The translations under genes were made by a program, and so were the position numbers. Below, one piece after another: positions 28,255 through 37,357 of a DNA stretch of 64,000 bases; position 1 is the stretch's first letter; each line of letters opens with the position of its first letter. The stretch is from Acidimicrobiales bacterium (GTDB lineage: Bacteria; Actinomycetota; Acidimicrobiia; Acidimicrobiales; Aldehydirespiratoraceae), in contig JAWKIR010000002.1 of the NCBI GenBank assembly GCA_041394245.1, forward strand, positions 1,412,305 to 1,476,304. Direction: 5' to 3'. The notes under the pieces are model-generated. The model saw only the letters and a list, made by a program, of their open reading frames with translations. It did not search any database and had not been told where the DNA came from.

Positions 28255-28377
28255 CGACAGCGCCGCGAGTGGAATCATTCCTCCCCCGAGGCCCTCGGCG
28301 GGACTGCAGCCATCGGGACCACCCGCACTACCATCCCGTGCTGGTCGGACCGCGACGAACGGCCGAGGGGGCACAAC

Positions 28378-29613
28378 ATGCAACAGCGACGAATCGAGTA
28401 CGCCGGGTCGGTCCATGACCAGCGCGAGATCGACGCGGTCATTGCCGTGTTGACGGGCGGCCCCACCGCGTTGCGTATCGGCCGCAACGTCCGGGCGATG
28501 GAACAGCGCGTGGCCGAACTGTTCGGCATGTCCCGAGGCGTCATGGTCAACTCGGGGTCCTCCGCGCTCTACCTCGCTGTCGAACTCCTCGACCTCGACC
28601 CCGGGGACGAGATCATCACCTCGTCGGTCACCTTCTCGACCGACATCGCCCCGATGTACCGGGCCGGCCTCGTCCCCGTCTTCGTCGATGTCACCCCCGA
28701 CACATTCCAGATCGACGTCGAGCGCATCGAAGAGATGATCGGGCCGCGCACCAAGGCGATCCTCGCCCCCAACCTCATCGGCAATGCGCCCGACTGGGAT
28801 CGCATCCGCGAGATCGCCGACCGCCACGACCTGATGGTCATCGAGGACTCGTGCGATGCGCTCGGGCTCACCCTTCGCGGCACGCCGACCGGCACCCGCG
28901 CCGACATCACGGTCACCAGCTTCGCCCTGTCCCACATCATCACGGCGGCCGGCACGGGAGGCATGGTCTGCGTCCACGACGACGATCTCGCCGACCGCGC
29001 ACTCCTGCTGCGCCGTTGGGGACGCCGATCGGAGATCCAGCTGTTCGGGTCCCGCAAGGGTGAAGGCGATCGATTCTTCTCCGCCATCGACAGCGGCCCG
29101 GGCGACCGGGAACTCGAGTACGACAACCTGTTCATCTTCGACGAGGTGGGCTGGAACTTCGAACCGTCGGAGATCTCCGCGGCCTTCGGTCTGGTCCAAC
29201 TCGACAAGCTGCCCGACAATCTCGCCCGTCGGCAGCGGAGCTTCGAGCTCACCGCCGCGGGCGTGGCACGCCACCCCGACCTGTTCACGCTGCCCAGCCT
29301 CACCGACGGCGTCGAGACCGGCTGGCACATGTTCCCGTTCCTCATCAACCCGGCGTCGGGCATCCGCCGCAGCGAACTCCAGCAGTGGATGGAGTCCCAC
29401 GGCGTCGACACCCGCATGGTCTGGACCGGCAACGCCGCCCGGCAGCCGGCCTTCCACGGCAAGCCGATGCGGCTTCCCCCCGACGGGCTTCCCAATGCCG
29501 ACCACGTGATGGAGTGGGGTCTGGTGCTGCCCAACAGCCACTCGCTCGACGACGACGACTGTGCCTACATCGGCGAGTGCCTCACCGCGTTCGTCGAACG
29601 CGACGAACGCTGA
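28378..29613 (+). CDS. DegT/DnrJ/EryC1/StrS-family protein, RfbH (CDP-4-keto-6-deoxyglucose 3-dehydrase E1)-like
   Basis: NSGSSAL, GLVPVFVDV, RTKAI, IEDSCDALG, TSFALSHIITAAGTGG (His where aminotransferases carry Lys), TGNAARQPAF. Confidence 0.7.
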   Translation: MQQRRIEYAGSVHDQREIDAVIAVLTGGPTALRIGRNVRAMEQRVAELFGMSRGVMVNSGSSALYLAVELLDLDPGDEIITSSVTFSTDIAPMYRAGLVPVFVDVTPDTFQIDVERIEEMIGPRTKAILAPNLIGNAPDWDRIREIADRHDLMVIEDSCDALGLTLRGTPTGTRADITVTSFALSHIITAAGTGGMVCVHDDDLADRALLLRRWGRRSEIQLFGSRKGEGDRFFSAIDSGPGDRELEYDNLFIFDEVGWNFEPSEISAAFGLVQLDKLPDNLARRQRSFELTAAGVARHPDLFTLPSLTDGVETGWHMFPFLINPASGIRRSELQQWMESHGVDTRMVWTGNAARQPAFHGKPMRLPPDGLPNADHVMEWGLVLPNSHSLDDDDCAYIGECLTAFVERDER

Positions 29614-29615
29614 GC

Positions 29616-31004
29616 ATGCGGCACGCCTGGGCGACGGTCGCCGTCGTGGCCATGGCGACCTTCCAGGTCGCCATGACCCTGTCGGCGGTCTTCGTGGTCT
29701 TCGTCGACCTGGGCGACTATTTCCCCGAGGCGAGCAATGCCGAGCTCTCGTGGGCGATCAACTCCTTCACGATCGTGAGCGCGTCGACGGTGGTCCTCGG
29801 CGCCGCCATCGGCGACCAGTGGGGTCGCAAGCGGATCGCATTGCTGGGCACCGCACTCTTCGCCGCCGGCTCGGTCGTCGCCGGCACGGCACCCGGGGTC
29901 GGCATCCTGATCTTCGGCCGCTGCATCCAGGCCCTCGGTGCCGCACTGTCGGGGCCGTCGTCACTCGCGCTCGTGTTGGAGGCATTTCCCTTCGAGCGCC
30001 GCGGGATCGCGATCGGCGTCTTCACGATGGGCGGCGGGCTCGCCGCTGCAGCCGGCCCCGCGGTCGGCGGCTTCATCGTCGAACACCTGGGGTGGCGGTG
30101 GGCCTTCCTCGTGGTCGTGCCCGTCGGTGTGCTGTCGGTCGTCGTGGGTGCGATCGTCTTCAAGGAGAGCTACGGGGTCCGCCGCGAACGACTCCCCGAC
30201 CCCATCGGTTCGCTGATGCTGATGTTCGGCGTCGGTTCGCTGATCCTGGCTCTCGTCCAGACCGACGAGTGGGGGTGGCTCGACCGCCGCACCCTGACCG
30301 CGACGGTCGCCGGCCTGCTGCTCGTCACCGCACTGCTCGTCCGCTCCGCGCGCCATCCGGCCCCGATCATCGATCTGACCCTGTATCGCCATCGCAGCTT
30401 TCGGGCCGGCAACGTCAGCCTCGCGACGTTCGCGGCCAGCTTCTTCACGATGCAGTTCGCGGCGATCTTCTTCCTGACCGAGGTGTGGGGCTACGAGATC
30501 GGACGGGCGGGCCTGCTCGCCTCTCCCTTCTTCCTGGCCACCGGCCTGATGGGCCCCGTGGCCGGTCGCATGGTGGATCGCGTCGGCCCGCGCCCGGTCG
30601 TCGCCACCGGTGCCGCGCTCTGGACCGTTGCCATCCTGGTTCTGGCGTTGGTGATCGGCGAAGAACCTGCGATCGGGCTCTGGCTGGTGGTGGTCGTGAC
30701 CGGGGGCATCGGGTCCGGCCTGTTCTGGGGGGCCGCGCCGACCCTGGCCGTCGAGGAGCTCGACGGGCCGGGCTTCGCTCGAGCCGGCGGCATCAACCAG
30801 ACGATGCAGAACACCGGCAACGCGCTGGCCATCGCGATCGCCATCACCCTCCTCGGCAACGACCCGTCGATCACCGACTTCACGCCGGTGTTCGCGATGA
30901 TCGTCGGCGTCGGGGCGTTGACCACTGCGATCGCTTGGAGTGCCGGTCCCCGGTTGGGCCGGACTCCGGTGCCGCCGCTGCCGGCGACCACGTTCATCGA
31001 ATAG
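29616..31004 (+). CDS. MFS transporter (DHA2/EmrB-like, about 14 TM)
   Basis: ATG 2 nt after the upstream stop. ..GDQWGRKR.. MFS motif A-like. Hydrophobic throughout. Confidence 0.8.
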   Translation: MRHAWATVAVVAMATFQVAMTLSAVFVVFVDLGDYFPEASNAELSWAINSFTIVSASTVVLGAAIGDQWGRKRIALLGTALFAAGSVVAGTAPGVGILIFGRCIQALGAALSGPSSLALVLEAFPFERRGIAIGVFTMGGGLAAAAGPAVGGFIVEHLGWRWAFLVVVPVGVLSVVVGAIVFKESYGVRRERLPDPIGSLMLMFGVGSLILALVQTDEWGWLDRRTLTATVAGLLLVTALLVRSARHPAPIIDLTLYRHRSFRAGNVSLATFAASFFTMQFAAIFFLTEVWGYEIGRAGLLASPFFLATGLMGPVAGRMVDRVGPRPVVATGAALWTVAILVLALVIGEEPAIGLWLVVVVTGGIGSGLFWGAAPTLAVEELDGPGFARAGGINQTMQNTGNALAIAIAITLLGNDPSITDFTPVFAMIVGVGALTTAIAWSAGPRLGRTPVPPLPATTFIE

Positions 31005-31015
31005 GGGGAGACGAC

Positions 31016-31801
31016 ATGGCGCTGCTGGACGACCGGGTGTGTGTGGTGGTGGGCGTCGGCCCGGGCATGGGTCGAGATGCCGCCCTTCGATGCGCCGCCG
31101 AAGGTGCCGATGTCGTCCTCGCGGCGCGCTCGGCCGAGCGACTCGAGATGGTGGCGGCCGAGGTCCGCGCCCAGGGCCGCCGCGCCCTGTGCGTCCCGAC
31201 GGACGCGACCGACGATGCCTCCGTCGCCGCGCTGGTCGAGGCCACCGTCACCGAGTTCGGTCGGCTCGACGTGCTGGTCAACAATGCGTTCCGCCAGCCA
31301 CCGTTCGAGACGCTCGAAGAGGTCTCGATGGAGACCTGGAACGACAGCCTCGACATCAACTGCACTGCCGCCTTGCGCACCAGCAAGGCGGTACTCCCCA
31401 CGATGCGGGCCCAGGGGAAGGGATCGATCGTCAACGTCGCGACGATGTCGATCCGCAACAATCGACCGAACTTCGGGGCCTATGCCGCGGCGAAGTCCGC
31501 CCTCACGTCGCTCACCCGCACCCTCGCCAACGAGGTCGGCCCGGACGGCATCCGGGTCAATGCCGTCTGCCCCGGCTTCATCCTCGGCGACTCGGTGCGC
31601 ACCTATCTCGCGTCGACGGCCGCACAGAACGGCATCACCTACCAAGAGCAGTACGACCGGATCACCGAGCAGATCCCCCTCCGGTTCATTCCCGACTCGG
31701 CTCAGATCTGCGGAACCATCGTCTTCTACGCGTCGGACCTCTCGATCGCCTGCACGGGGACCAGCCTCGACGTCAACGGCGGCCAGTGGATGACCTGGTG
31801 A
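31016..31801 (+). CDS. SDR family oxidoreductase
   Basis: ATG behind GGGGGAG. VVVGVGPGMG, NNAF, YAAAK catalytic motif. Confidence 0.85.
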   Translation: MALLDDRVCVVVGVGPGMGRDAALRCAAEGADVVLAARSAERLEMVAAEVRAQGRRALCVPTDATDDASVAALVEATVTEFGRLDVLVNNAFRQPPFETLEEVSMETWNDSLDINCTAALRTSKAVLPTMRAQGKGSIVNVATMSIRNNRPNFGAYAAAKSALTSLTRTLANEVGPDGIRVNAVCPGFILGDSVRTYLASTAAQNGITYQEQYDRITEQIPLRFIPDSAQICGTIVFYASDLSIACTGTSLDVNGGQWMTW

Positions 31802-31814
31802 TCCGAGGTCGCCG

Positions 31815-32201
31815 CTAGGGGTGCGTCGGTCGGGCCTGTTCGAGGCGAAGCTCGACACCGCAGGTCGCACCGAGCTCGGTCAACGGCGCCCGCACCGAGG
31901 TTTCGGCATCCCACACCCACGCCTCGACCTCGTCGAGCCACTCCTCGAAGGCGAGCGCCTCGTTGATCCGCTTGCGCACGAAACGAGCGGCGTCGACGGT
32001 CGTCACCGCCGCGTCGATGACGCGTTCGCTCGCGTCACGGTCGGGAGCGGCGGCCACCTCCGGCGCGAGCGCAAGGGCCGACTCCACGCCGGCCGCGGCC
32101 AGCGCCTCGAGCTTTTGCGCCTCGGCCCGCTCGGAGTTCTTGCGCTCACGACGTCGAGCCTTCTTGCGCTCTTCCTTGGACTTGCCCATGGGCTCGGTCA
32201 T
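31815..32201 (-). CDS. hypothetical protein with a Lys/Arg-rich N-terminus
   Basis: Protein-like composition, unlike the overlapping + strand ORF. No family recognised. Start uncertain (32201 or 32189). Confidence 0.45.
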   Translation of the reverse strand: MTEPMGKSKEERKKARRRERKNSERAEAQKLEALAAAGVESALALAPEVAAAPDRDASERVIDAAVTTVDAARFVRKRINEALAFEEWLDEVEAWVWDAETSVRAPLTELGATCGVELRLEQARPTHP

Positions 32202-32282
32202 CCGCGCACGCTACCGAAATCGGCGCCGCGATCGATGCGAACGCCAGCGGCGACCCTCGAGTGACGACGCCATTGCTACGTT

Positions 32283-34394
32283 GTGCGTGTGGCAGCACTC
32301 GACGACGCGGATCGGCTCGCGGCGCTCCAGGACAGCGGCCTCCTCGGTGGTGACCCGCTTCCCGGTCTCGACGGCGTGCTTCGCATCGCTCGCCATGTCA
32401 TGGGCACATCGACGGTCATGTTCACCGCAGTCGACGTCGACCGCCAGGTGTTCGTCGACCACATCGGTCTGAACGAGGCCTGGGCGAGCGCCGGCCAGAC
32501 CCCGCTGTCGCACTCGTACTGTCGCCTGGTCGTCACGGGAGACGCGCCGTTGGTCGTACGCGACGCTCCGAACGACGAACGGGTGCGGAACAACCCGGCG
32601 ACCGCCGAGGCGAGCATCGGCGCCTACCTCGGCGTGCCCGTGCGATCCGTCGACGGCCACATCCTCGGTTCGCTGTGTGCGCTCGACGGCTCCCCCCGCG
32701 CCTGGACGAACGACCAGATCCGCGTCCTGACGGATCTCGCCGGTGCCATCGAGGTCGAACTCACTCTGCGCGACACCACCAGGGAGCTGGCCGACCGACT
32801 GACATCGGAGTCGCTCGAACGGGGGTTCGAGGAGTCGATGACCGCCCTCGCGGCGGCGACGTCGCGATCATGGACCGTCGACGCGGTGGTGCGCTCCATC
32901 GTCGAGAACGCGAAGGCGGCCACCGGCGCCGCGGTGGTCACCGTTGCCCTCCACGAGGACGACACCCTTCGCATCTTCGATGCCCGGGAGCCTGGCACGA
33001 GCGGCGAGGACGGATGGCACACGACCGACATCGACACCCCGTCGCCCATGACCGACGCGGCACGCAACGGGCGGACACTGATCCTCCCGGACCCACCGGC
33101 GATGGCCGAGTGGCCCGAGTTCGCCGACACGATGGCGGACCTCGACCTGCAGTCCTACATCGCGATGCCGGTGGGCACGACCGACAGCGGAGCGAGGGCG
33201 GTCATCGGCGTCGGCTGGACGAGCCCGATGAAGAGCCGCGACATGCCGCGCCCGGTCGCCCGTCTCGCCACACTGGCTCGACACGGGCTCGATCGGGCCC
33301 ACAGCCACGAGACGGCGCGGGTCCATGCCGAACTCCTCGAGACCCTCGTCCTACCCGAGACACTCCCGTCGGTTCCTGATCTCGACATCGCGGGGGTCTA
33401 TCTTCCGCCCTCGGCCGGCCAGCGGGTCGGCGGCGACCTCTACGACGCCGTGACCCGCGACGACGGGCGCATCGCGTTGATCGTCGCCGATGCGGCCGGC
33501 CACGACGTCGTCGGCTCGCTCGTCACCAGCCGGGTGCGCAACGCCTTCACGATGTTGTCCCTCGACCTTCGCAGCCCCGCCCACACGATGCGCGCCATCA
33601 ATCGCTACCTGATGCGCTCGACCATCACGACACACATCACCGCCGTCGTGGCGCTCGTCGATCTCGAAACCGGCACCGTGACCATCGCGAACGCCGGCCA
33701 CCTCCAACCCCGGCTGCGCCGCGCCGACGGGCGGGTCGATCGCGTCGGTCCGGCCGGAGAACCACTGCTCGGCCTCCAGACATTCGACTATCACGAAGCC
33801 GAGGTGCCCTTCGACGAGGGCGACAGACTACTCCTGTTCACCGACGGCCTGATCGAGTGGCGGGACCGACCGCTGACGGCGAGCGAGCAGGCGCTCGACG
33901 ACATGCTCGGCGCCCTCGGCACGGAAGGATCAGCCGCCGCCGTGGATCGCCTCTCGTCGGCGCTGCCCTCACGGGACGACGATCTGGCGCTGATGCTGCT
34001 CACGCGGCGCGCTCCGGCACGCGACCACGGGCTCGAGTTGGAGTGGCCGGCCGCCGAGATCTCGCTCGGCAACGCCCGGTCTCGATTGTCGCGATGGCTG
34101 GACGGTCATCCGCGGCTCGACGACATCGTGTTGATCGCGACCGAGCTCCTCACCAACGCCCGCACGGCCAGCGACCGGCCCGACCGACCGGTGACGCTCC
34201 GCGCCTCCCGAGACGACCACTCGGTGTGCCTACGCGTCACGAACCACGGTCCGGCACTCCCGACGGGGACACCGCCGATGCCCGACGCAGCGAACATCCG
34301 CGGACGAGGCCTCGCAATCGTCGCCGCGGTCGCAGACCTGCGCATCGAGAACGTCGACGGCCAGGTGACGGTCGAGGCCCGTCTGTCCGACTAG
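32283..34394 (+). CDS. multidomain partner-switching regulator: GAF-GAF-PP2C (SpoIIE) phosphatase-RsbW-like HATPase domain
   Basis: Two GAF-like sensor regions. PP2C motifs GGDLYD, ADAAGHD, LFTDGL. C-terminal TELLTNA N-box and GRGLAIVAAVAD G2-like box. Confidence 0.8.
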   Translation: MRVAALDDADRLAALQDSGLLGGDPLPGLDGVLRIARHVMGTSTVMFTAVDVDRQVFVDHIGLNEAWASAGQTPLSHSYCRLVVTGDAPLVVRDAPNDERVRNNPATAEASIGAYLGVPVRSVDGHILGSLCALDGSPRAWTNDQIRVLTDLAGAIEVELTLRDTTRELADRLTSESLERGFEESMTALAAATSRSWTVDAVVRSIVENAKAATGAAVVTVALHEDDTLRIFDAREPGTSGEDGWHTTDIDTPSPMTDAARNGRTLILPDPPAMAEWPEFADTMADLDLQSYIAMPVGTTDSGARAVIGVGWTSPMKSRDMPRPVARLATLARHGLDRAHSHETARVHAELLETLVLPETLPSVPDLDIAGVYLPPSAGQRVGGDLYDAVTRDDGRIALIVADAAGHDVVGSLVTSRVRNAFTMLSLDLRSPAHTMRAINRYLMRSTITTHITAVVALVDLETGTVTIANAGHLQPRLRRADGRVDRVGPAGEPLLGLQTFDYHEAEVPFDEGDRLLLFTDGLIEWRDRPLTASEQALDDMLGALGTEGSAAAVDRLSSALPSRDDDLALMLLTRRAPARDHGLELEWPAAEISLGNARSRLSRWLDGHPRLDDIVLIATELLTNARTASDRPDRPVTLRASRDDHSVCLRVTNHGPALPTGTPPMPDAANIRGRGLAIVAAVADLRIENVDGQVTVEARLSD

Positions 34395-35119
34395 GAGCGG
34401 TACTCGGGATTCTGGTCGGCCGCATTCGTGACGTGTGACCACTCCCCCACCGTGTTTCCCTCGGTCGGGAATCCTCCGCGGTCTCGCAGCATGCGGGCCG
34501 TGTGCATGAGGTTCCACGCCATGACCGTGCAGTTCTTGTTGGTGAACTCGCTGTCGTACCCGGCCGGTGTCGTCTGTCCGTCGATCTCGTCGCCGTAGCT
34601 GGGTCCGGGACCGATAGATCCGAGCCAGCCACAGTCCGCACCAGGAGGAATGACGTAGCCGATGTGTTGCAGGGCGTAGAGCACATCGCGGGCGACGGCC
34701 TTCACACCGTCCTCGTTGCCGGTCACGACACAGCCGGCCGTCTTGCCGTAGTACACGTACTGGCCCCGATCGTTGGTCTCGGCACTGTTCGCATACATCC
34801 GCTCGATCGCGAGCGTCGCCACACTCGACTTCGCTCCCAGCCAGATCGGCGAGCCGACCACCAGAATGTCGGCCGCCTCGATGCGGTCCTGGATCATCGG
34901 CCAGTCGTCGACCGGCGCGCTGTGTTCGGTCATGTCCTTGTCCATGCCGAAGGGGATCCGGTGGTCGAGTGCGTGCACCACCTCGACCGCGACCCCCTCG
35001 GCTTCCATGATCCCGGCCGCCCGCTGCACCAGTCGCATGGTGTGCGACTCGCTCGGGTCGCGTTTCAGCGAGCAGTTGAGGAAGAGGGCGGAGAGGTCGG
35101 AGAATCCCACGTCGGTCAT
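34391..35119 (-). CDS. flavodoxin-like NAD(P)H-dependent FMN reductase family protein
   Basis: Start MTDVGFSD (cat at 35117-19). ..LFLNCSLK.., ..ILVVGSPIWLG.. The stop overlaps the convergent upstream gene by 4 nt. Confidence 0.7.
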   Translation of the reverse strand: MTDVGFSDLSALFLNCSLKRDPSESHTMRLVQRAAGIMEAEGVAVEVVHALDHRIPFGMDKDMTEHSAPVDDWPMIQDRIEAADILVVGSPIWLGAKSSVATLAIERMYANSAETNDRGQYVYYGKTAGCVVTGNEDGVKAVARDVLYALQHIGYVIPPGADCGWLGSIGPGPSYGDEIDGQTTPAGYDSEFTNKNCTVMAWNLMHTARMLRDRGGFPTEGNTVGEWSHVTNAADQNPEYRS

Positions 35120-35128
35120 GGCCGGGCG

Positions 35129-35154
35129 ATACCCACCGACCGGCACCGGCAAAC
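35129..35154 (-). promoter_or_regulatory. SigF/SigB-type promoter candidate (GGTTT-N16-GGGTAT)
   Basis: Minus strand reads CAGGTTT GCCGGTGCCGGTCGGT GGGTAT CGCCCGGCC ATG. The -10 ends 9 nt before the ATG at 35119. Confidence 0.55.
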
Positions 35155-35160
35155 CTGCGG

Positions 35161-35202
35161 TTGCGTCAGGCCGCGATTGCGTCAGGCCACTATCGCGTCA
35201 GG
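35161..35202. repeat. three direct GCGTCAGG repeats with a 16-bp period
   Basis: ttGCGTCAGGcc (35161-72), ttGCGTCAGGcc (35177-88) and tcGCGTCAGG (35193-202). They lie just upstream of the -35 of the promoter candidate and overlap the antiporter stop codon. Confidence 0.6.
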
Positions 35203-36931
35203 AAGGCGCGCGGATGACGATCGCTCGTTCGTTCTCCCCGAGCGCCACCGATCGGCCTGCGAAGTGGACCCGGCCCGCGGCATCGATCACACACACGAGC
35301 TCGGAGTCGTCCTCACCCTCGTCGAGCGGGCCGTCGACGACGACGAGCGAAGCGCCCTGGGCGTAGAGCTCGCTGAGGCGTTCGGCATTGAGATGCTCGG
35401 GCAGGACGAGCCGCGGGTTCACAGTCTGCGTGGTCCCGGGTTCGGAGAGCGTTTCGAGCGCAGCGAGTCCGAAGACGTTGGCCGACCCGATCTCCTCGGC
35501 CAGGCGTTTCGCGCTGAACGCGTCGAGGTGGTCGGTTCCGGAGAGGACCACTCCCGTGCCGACCCCGATCGCAGCGATCGCTTCGTCGAATGCGTGACCG
35601 TCGAGCCTGCCCTGGAACGCGAGCAGACCGAGAGCAGCCGCCCGGTCGGCCTCCTCCTCGTCGAGTCCGAGCAACAGCGTCACCACACCGGCTTCGGTGA
35701 GTCGCTCGGCCAGCTCGATCGCGAACGGACTGCCGCCCACGATCGCCACACCGGAAGGTTCGGGCTTGGCGACCCTCAGTCGACGAGCGACCCCGCGGGC
35801 GAGCACGCTCGTCACGACGACGGTGGTCACGACCACCGTGAACACCGTGGGCACGAGGGGTCCGGGATCGATGCCCTCGTGGTCGAGTTCGATCGCGAAG
35901 AGCGACGCGACGGCCGCGGCGACCACACCGCGGGGCGCCATCACCATCAGGAAGCCCCGATCGGCTCGCCCCAATTGTGTGCCGATGGTAGAAGCCACGA
36001 CGGCCAGGGGGCGGGCGAGAACCATCAGGACAGCGGCGAGCAGGACCGAGGGAATCAGCCCATCGACCACCACGTCGAGGTCGACTCGCGCGCCGAGCAC
36101 GATGAACAGCACACCCAACACCGTGGTGCCGAGGTTCTCGTTGAATTCGGTGATGCGCGCCGCCGGAATGAACTGCTGGTTGGCGAAGGCCATTCCCAGC
36201 AACGTGACGGCCAACAAGCCTGCCTCCGGACGCAGCAGGTTCGCCGTAGCGAACGCGCCGAGCACCGCGGCCAGGGTGAGGGGCACGTGGAGACGGTCGG
36301 CGACGAGGCGACTCCGGAGCGCACCGACCAGCACCAGGGCGACGATCGCACCGACCACCGCACCGGCCCCGAAGGTGCTGAGGAGACGCAGGAGGATCCG
36401 GCCGACCGATCGCTCCTCGACGATCGCGTCGAGCACGCCGATCGCCAGCGAGGCACCGATGGGGTCGATCAGGATGCCTTCCCACTTCAGGACCGATCCG
36501 GCAGGCTCGCGGGGACGAACGACGCGCAGCAGCGGAGCGATCACGGTGGGGCCCGAGACCGTGAGGATGGCGGCCATGAGCACCGCGATGTCGGTGTCGA
36601 CATCGAAGAGCAGCAGCGTGAAGACGGTTCCCACCGCCCACGAGACGGCAACCCCGATCGTGACCAGGCGGAGTACCGGTTGACGCGCCGTCCCGAGGGA
36701 CTTCCAGTGCAACCCCGTCCCACCCTCGAAGAGGAGAATCGCGACTCCGAACGACACTCCGGTGAACAGCAGCTCACCGAAGATCTCGTCCGGGTCCATC
36801 ACTGTTCCCAGGCCCATGCCGGCGACCAGGAGGAACAGCACCGACGGAACCCGGAGTCGGGCACCGAGCATCTGGCATCCGATCGCTGCGCCGGCGATGA
36901 CGGCAACGGCGGTCTGTGGATCGGTGATCAT
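35198..36931 (-). CDS. cation:proton antiporter (CPA1, Na+/H+ exchanger family) with a C-terminal RCK/TrkA-N-like domain
   Basis: About 10-12 TM segments, then ..GVAIVGGSPFAIELAERL.. Rossmann-like cytosolic domain. Confidence 0.8.
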   Translation of the reverse strand: MITDPQTAVAVIAGAAIGCQMLGARLRVPSVLFLLVAGMGLGTVMDPDEIFGELLFTGVSFGVAILLFEGGTGLHWKSLGTARQPVLRLVTIGVAVSWAVGTVFTLLLFDVDTDIAVLMAAILTVSGPTVIAPLLRVVRPREPAGSVLKWEGILIDPIGASLAIGVLDAIVEERSVGRILLRLLSTFGAGAVVGAIVALVLVGALRSRLVADRLHVPLTLAAVLGAFATANLLRPEAGLLAVTLLGMAFANQQFIPAARITEFNENLGTTVLGVLFIVLGARVDLDVVVDGLIPSVLLAAVLMVLARPLAVVASTIGTQLGRADRGFLMVMAPRGVVAAAVASLFAIELDHEGIDPGPLVPTVFTVVVTTVVVTSVLARGVARRLRVAKPEPSGVAIVGGSPFAIELAERLTEAGVVTLLLGLDEEEADRAAALGLLAFQGRLDGHAFDEAIAAIGVGTGVVLSGTDHLDAFSAKRLAEEIGSANVFGLAALETLSEPGTTQTVNPRLVLPEHLNAERLSELYAQGASLVVVDGPLDEGEDDSELVCVIDAAGRVHFAGRSVALGENERAIVIRAPS

Positions 36932-37047
36932 CGAACGCCACCCCTCATCGCCTCGACGGCGAGCCGTCGACGCGCCTGCCGCGAGCGCGGCGCACCCGAT
37001 GAACGGATAGATTTCGCCCGAGCGTCGCGGAGCCCGGAGGACACATC

Positions 37048-37350
37048 GTGGAGATTCAGCCGATCGTGCAGGACGACGGCACCCGTGTCGCGGTGCACGG
37101 CGAAGCCGACGCCGACAATTGCCACGAACTCGGGGCCGCGCTCCTCGACGAGTCGTTGATCGGCCCCGTCCGTCTCGACCTGGCCGGGCTGTCGTTCCTC
37201 GACTCCTCGGCGGTCAGCGAGCTGCTCGGCATCCAGCAGGAGTTGGCGACACGCGGCATCGAACTGTCGATCGTCGAGACCTCGCCGGCCGTGCACCGCG
37301 TCCTCGAGATCACGGGCCTTCTCGACGTTTTCGGCATCGACGCGAGCTGA
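37048..37350 (+). CDS. STAS-domain anti-sigma-factor antagonist (RsbV/SpoIIAA/RsfA-RsfB-like)
   Basis: 100 aa, GTG start. ..LDLAGLSFLDSSAVSELL.. with the conserved Ser position. ..VLEITGL...F. Confidence 0.8.
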   Translation: MEIQPIVQDDGTRVAVHGEADADNCHELGAALLDESLIGPVRLDLAGLSFLDSSAVSELLGIQQELATRGIELSIVETSPAVHRVLEITGLLDVFGIDAS

Positions 37351-37357
37351 ACGCAAC

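Noticed and set aside
25792-29541. A 1249-aa ORF on the minus strand, the longest in the track.
   Set aside because: It runs antisense to three well-supported plus-strand genes (hydrolase paralogue boundary, PQQ-like propeller, RfbH-like). Its composition is dominated by Arg/Gly/Asp/Ala/Pro with no recognisable motif. This is the usual high-GC antisense open-frame artefact.
34502-37159. An 885-aa plus-strand ORF across the flavodoxin and antiporter region. Similar long antisense ORFs occur at 12022-13791, 20535-21737, 59005-60825, 62257-63459 and 400-1386.
   Set aside because: Each is antisense to a gene with clear family motifs and shows Arg/Gly/His/Asp-rich low-complexity translation. There is no RBS or start context and no domain signature.
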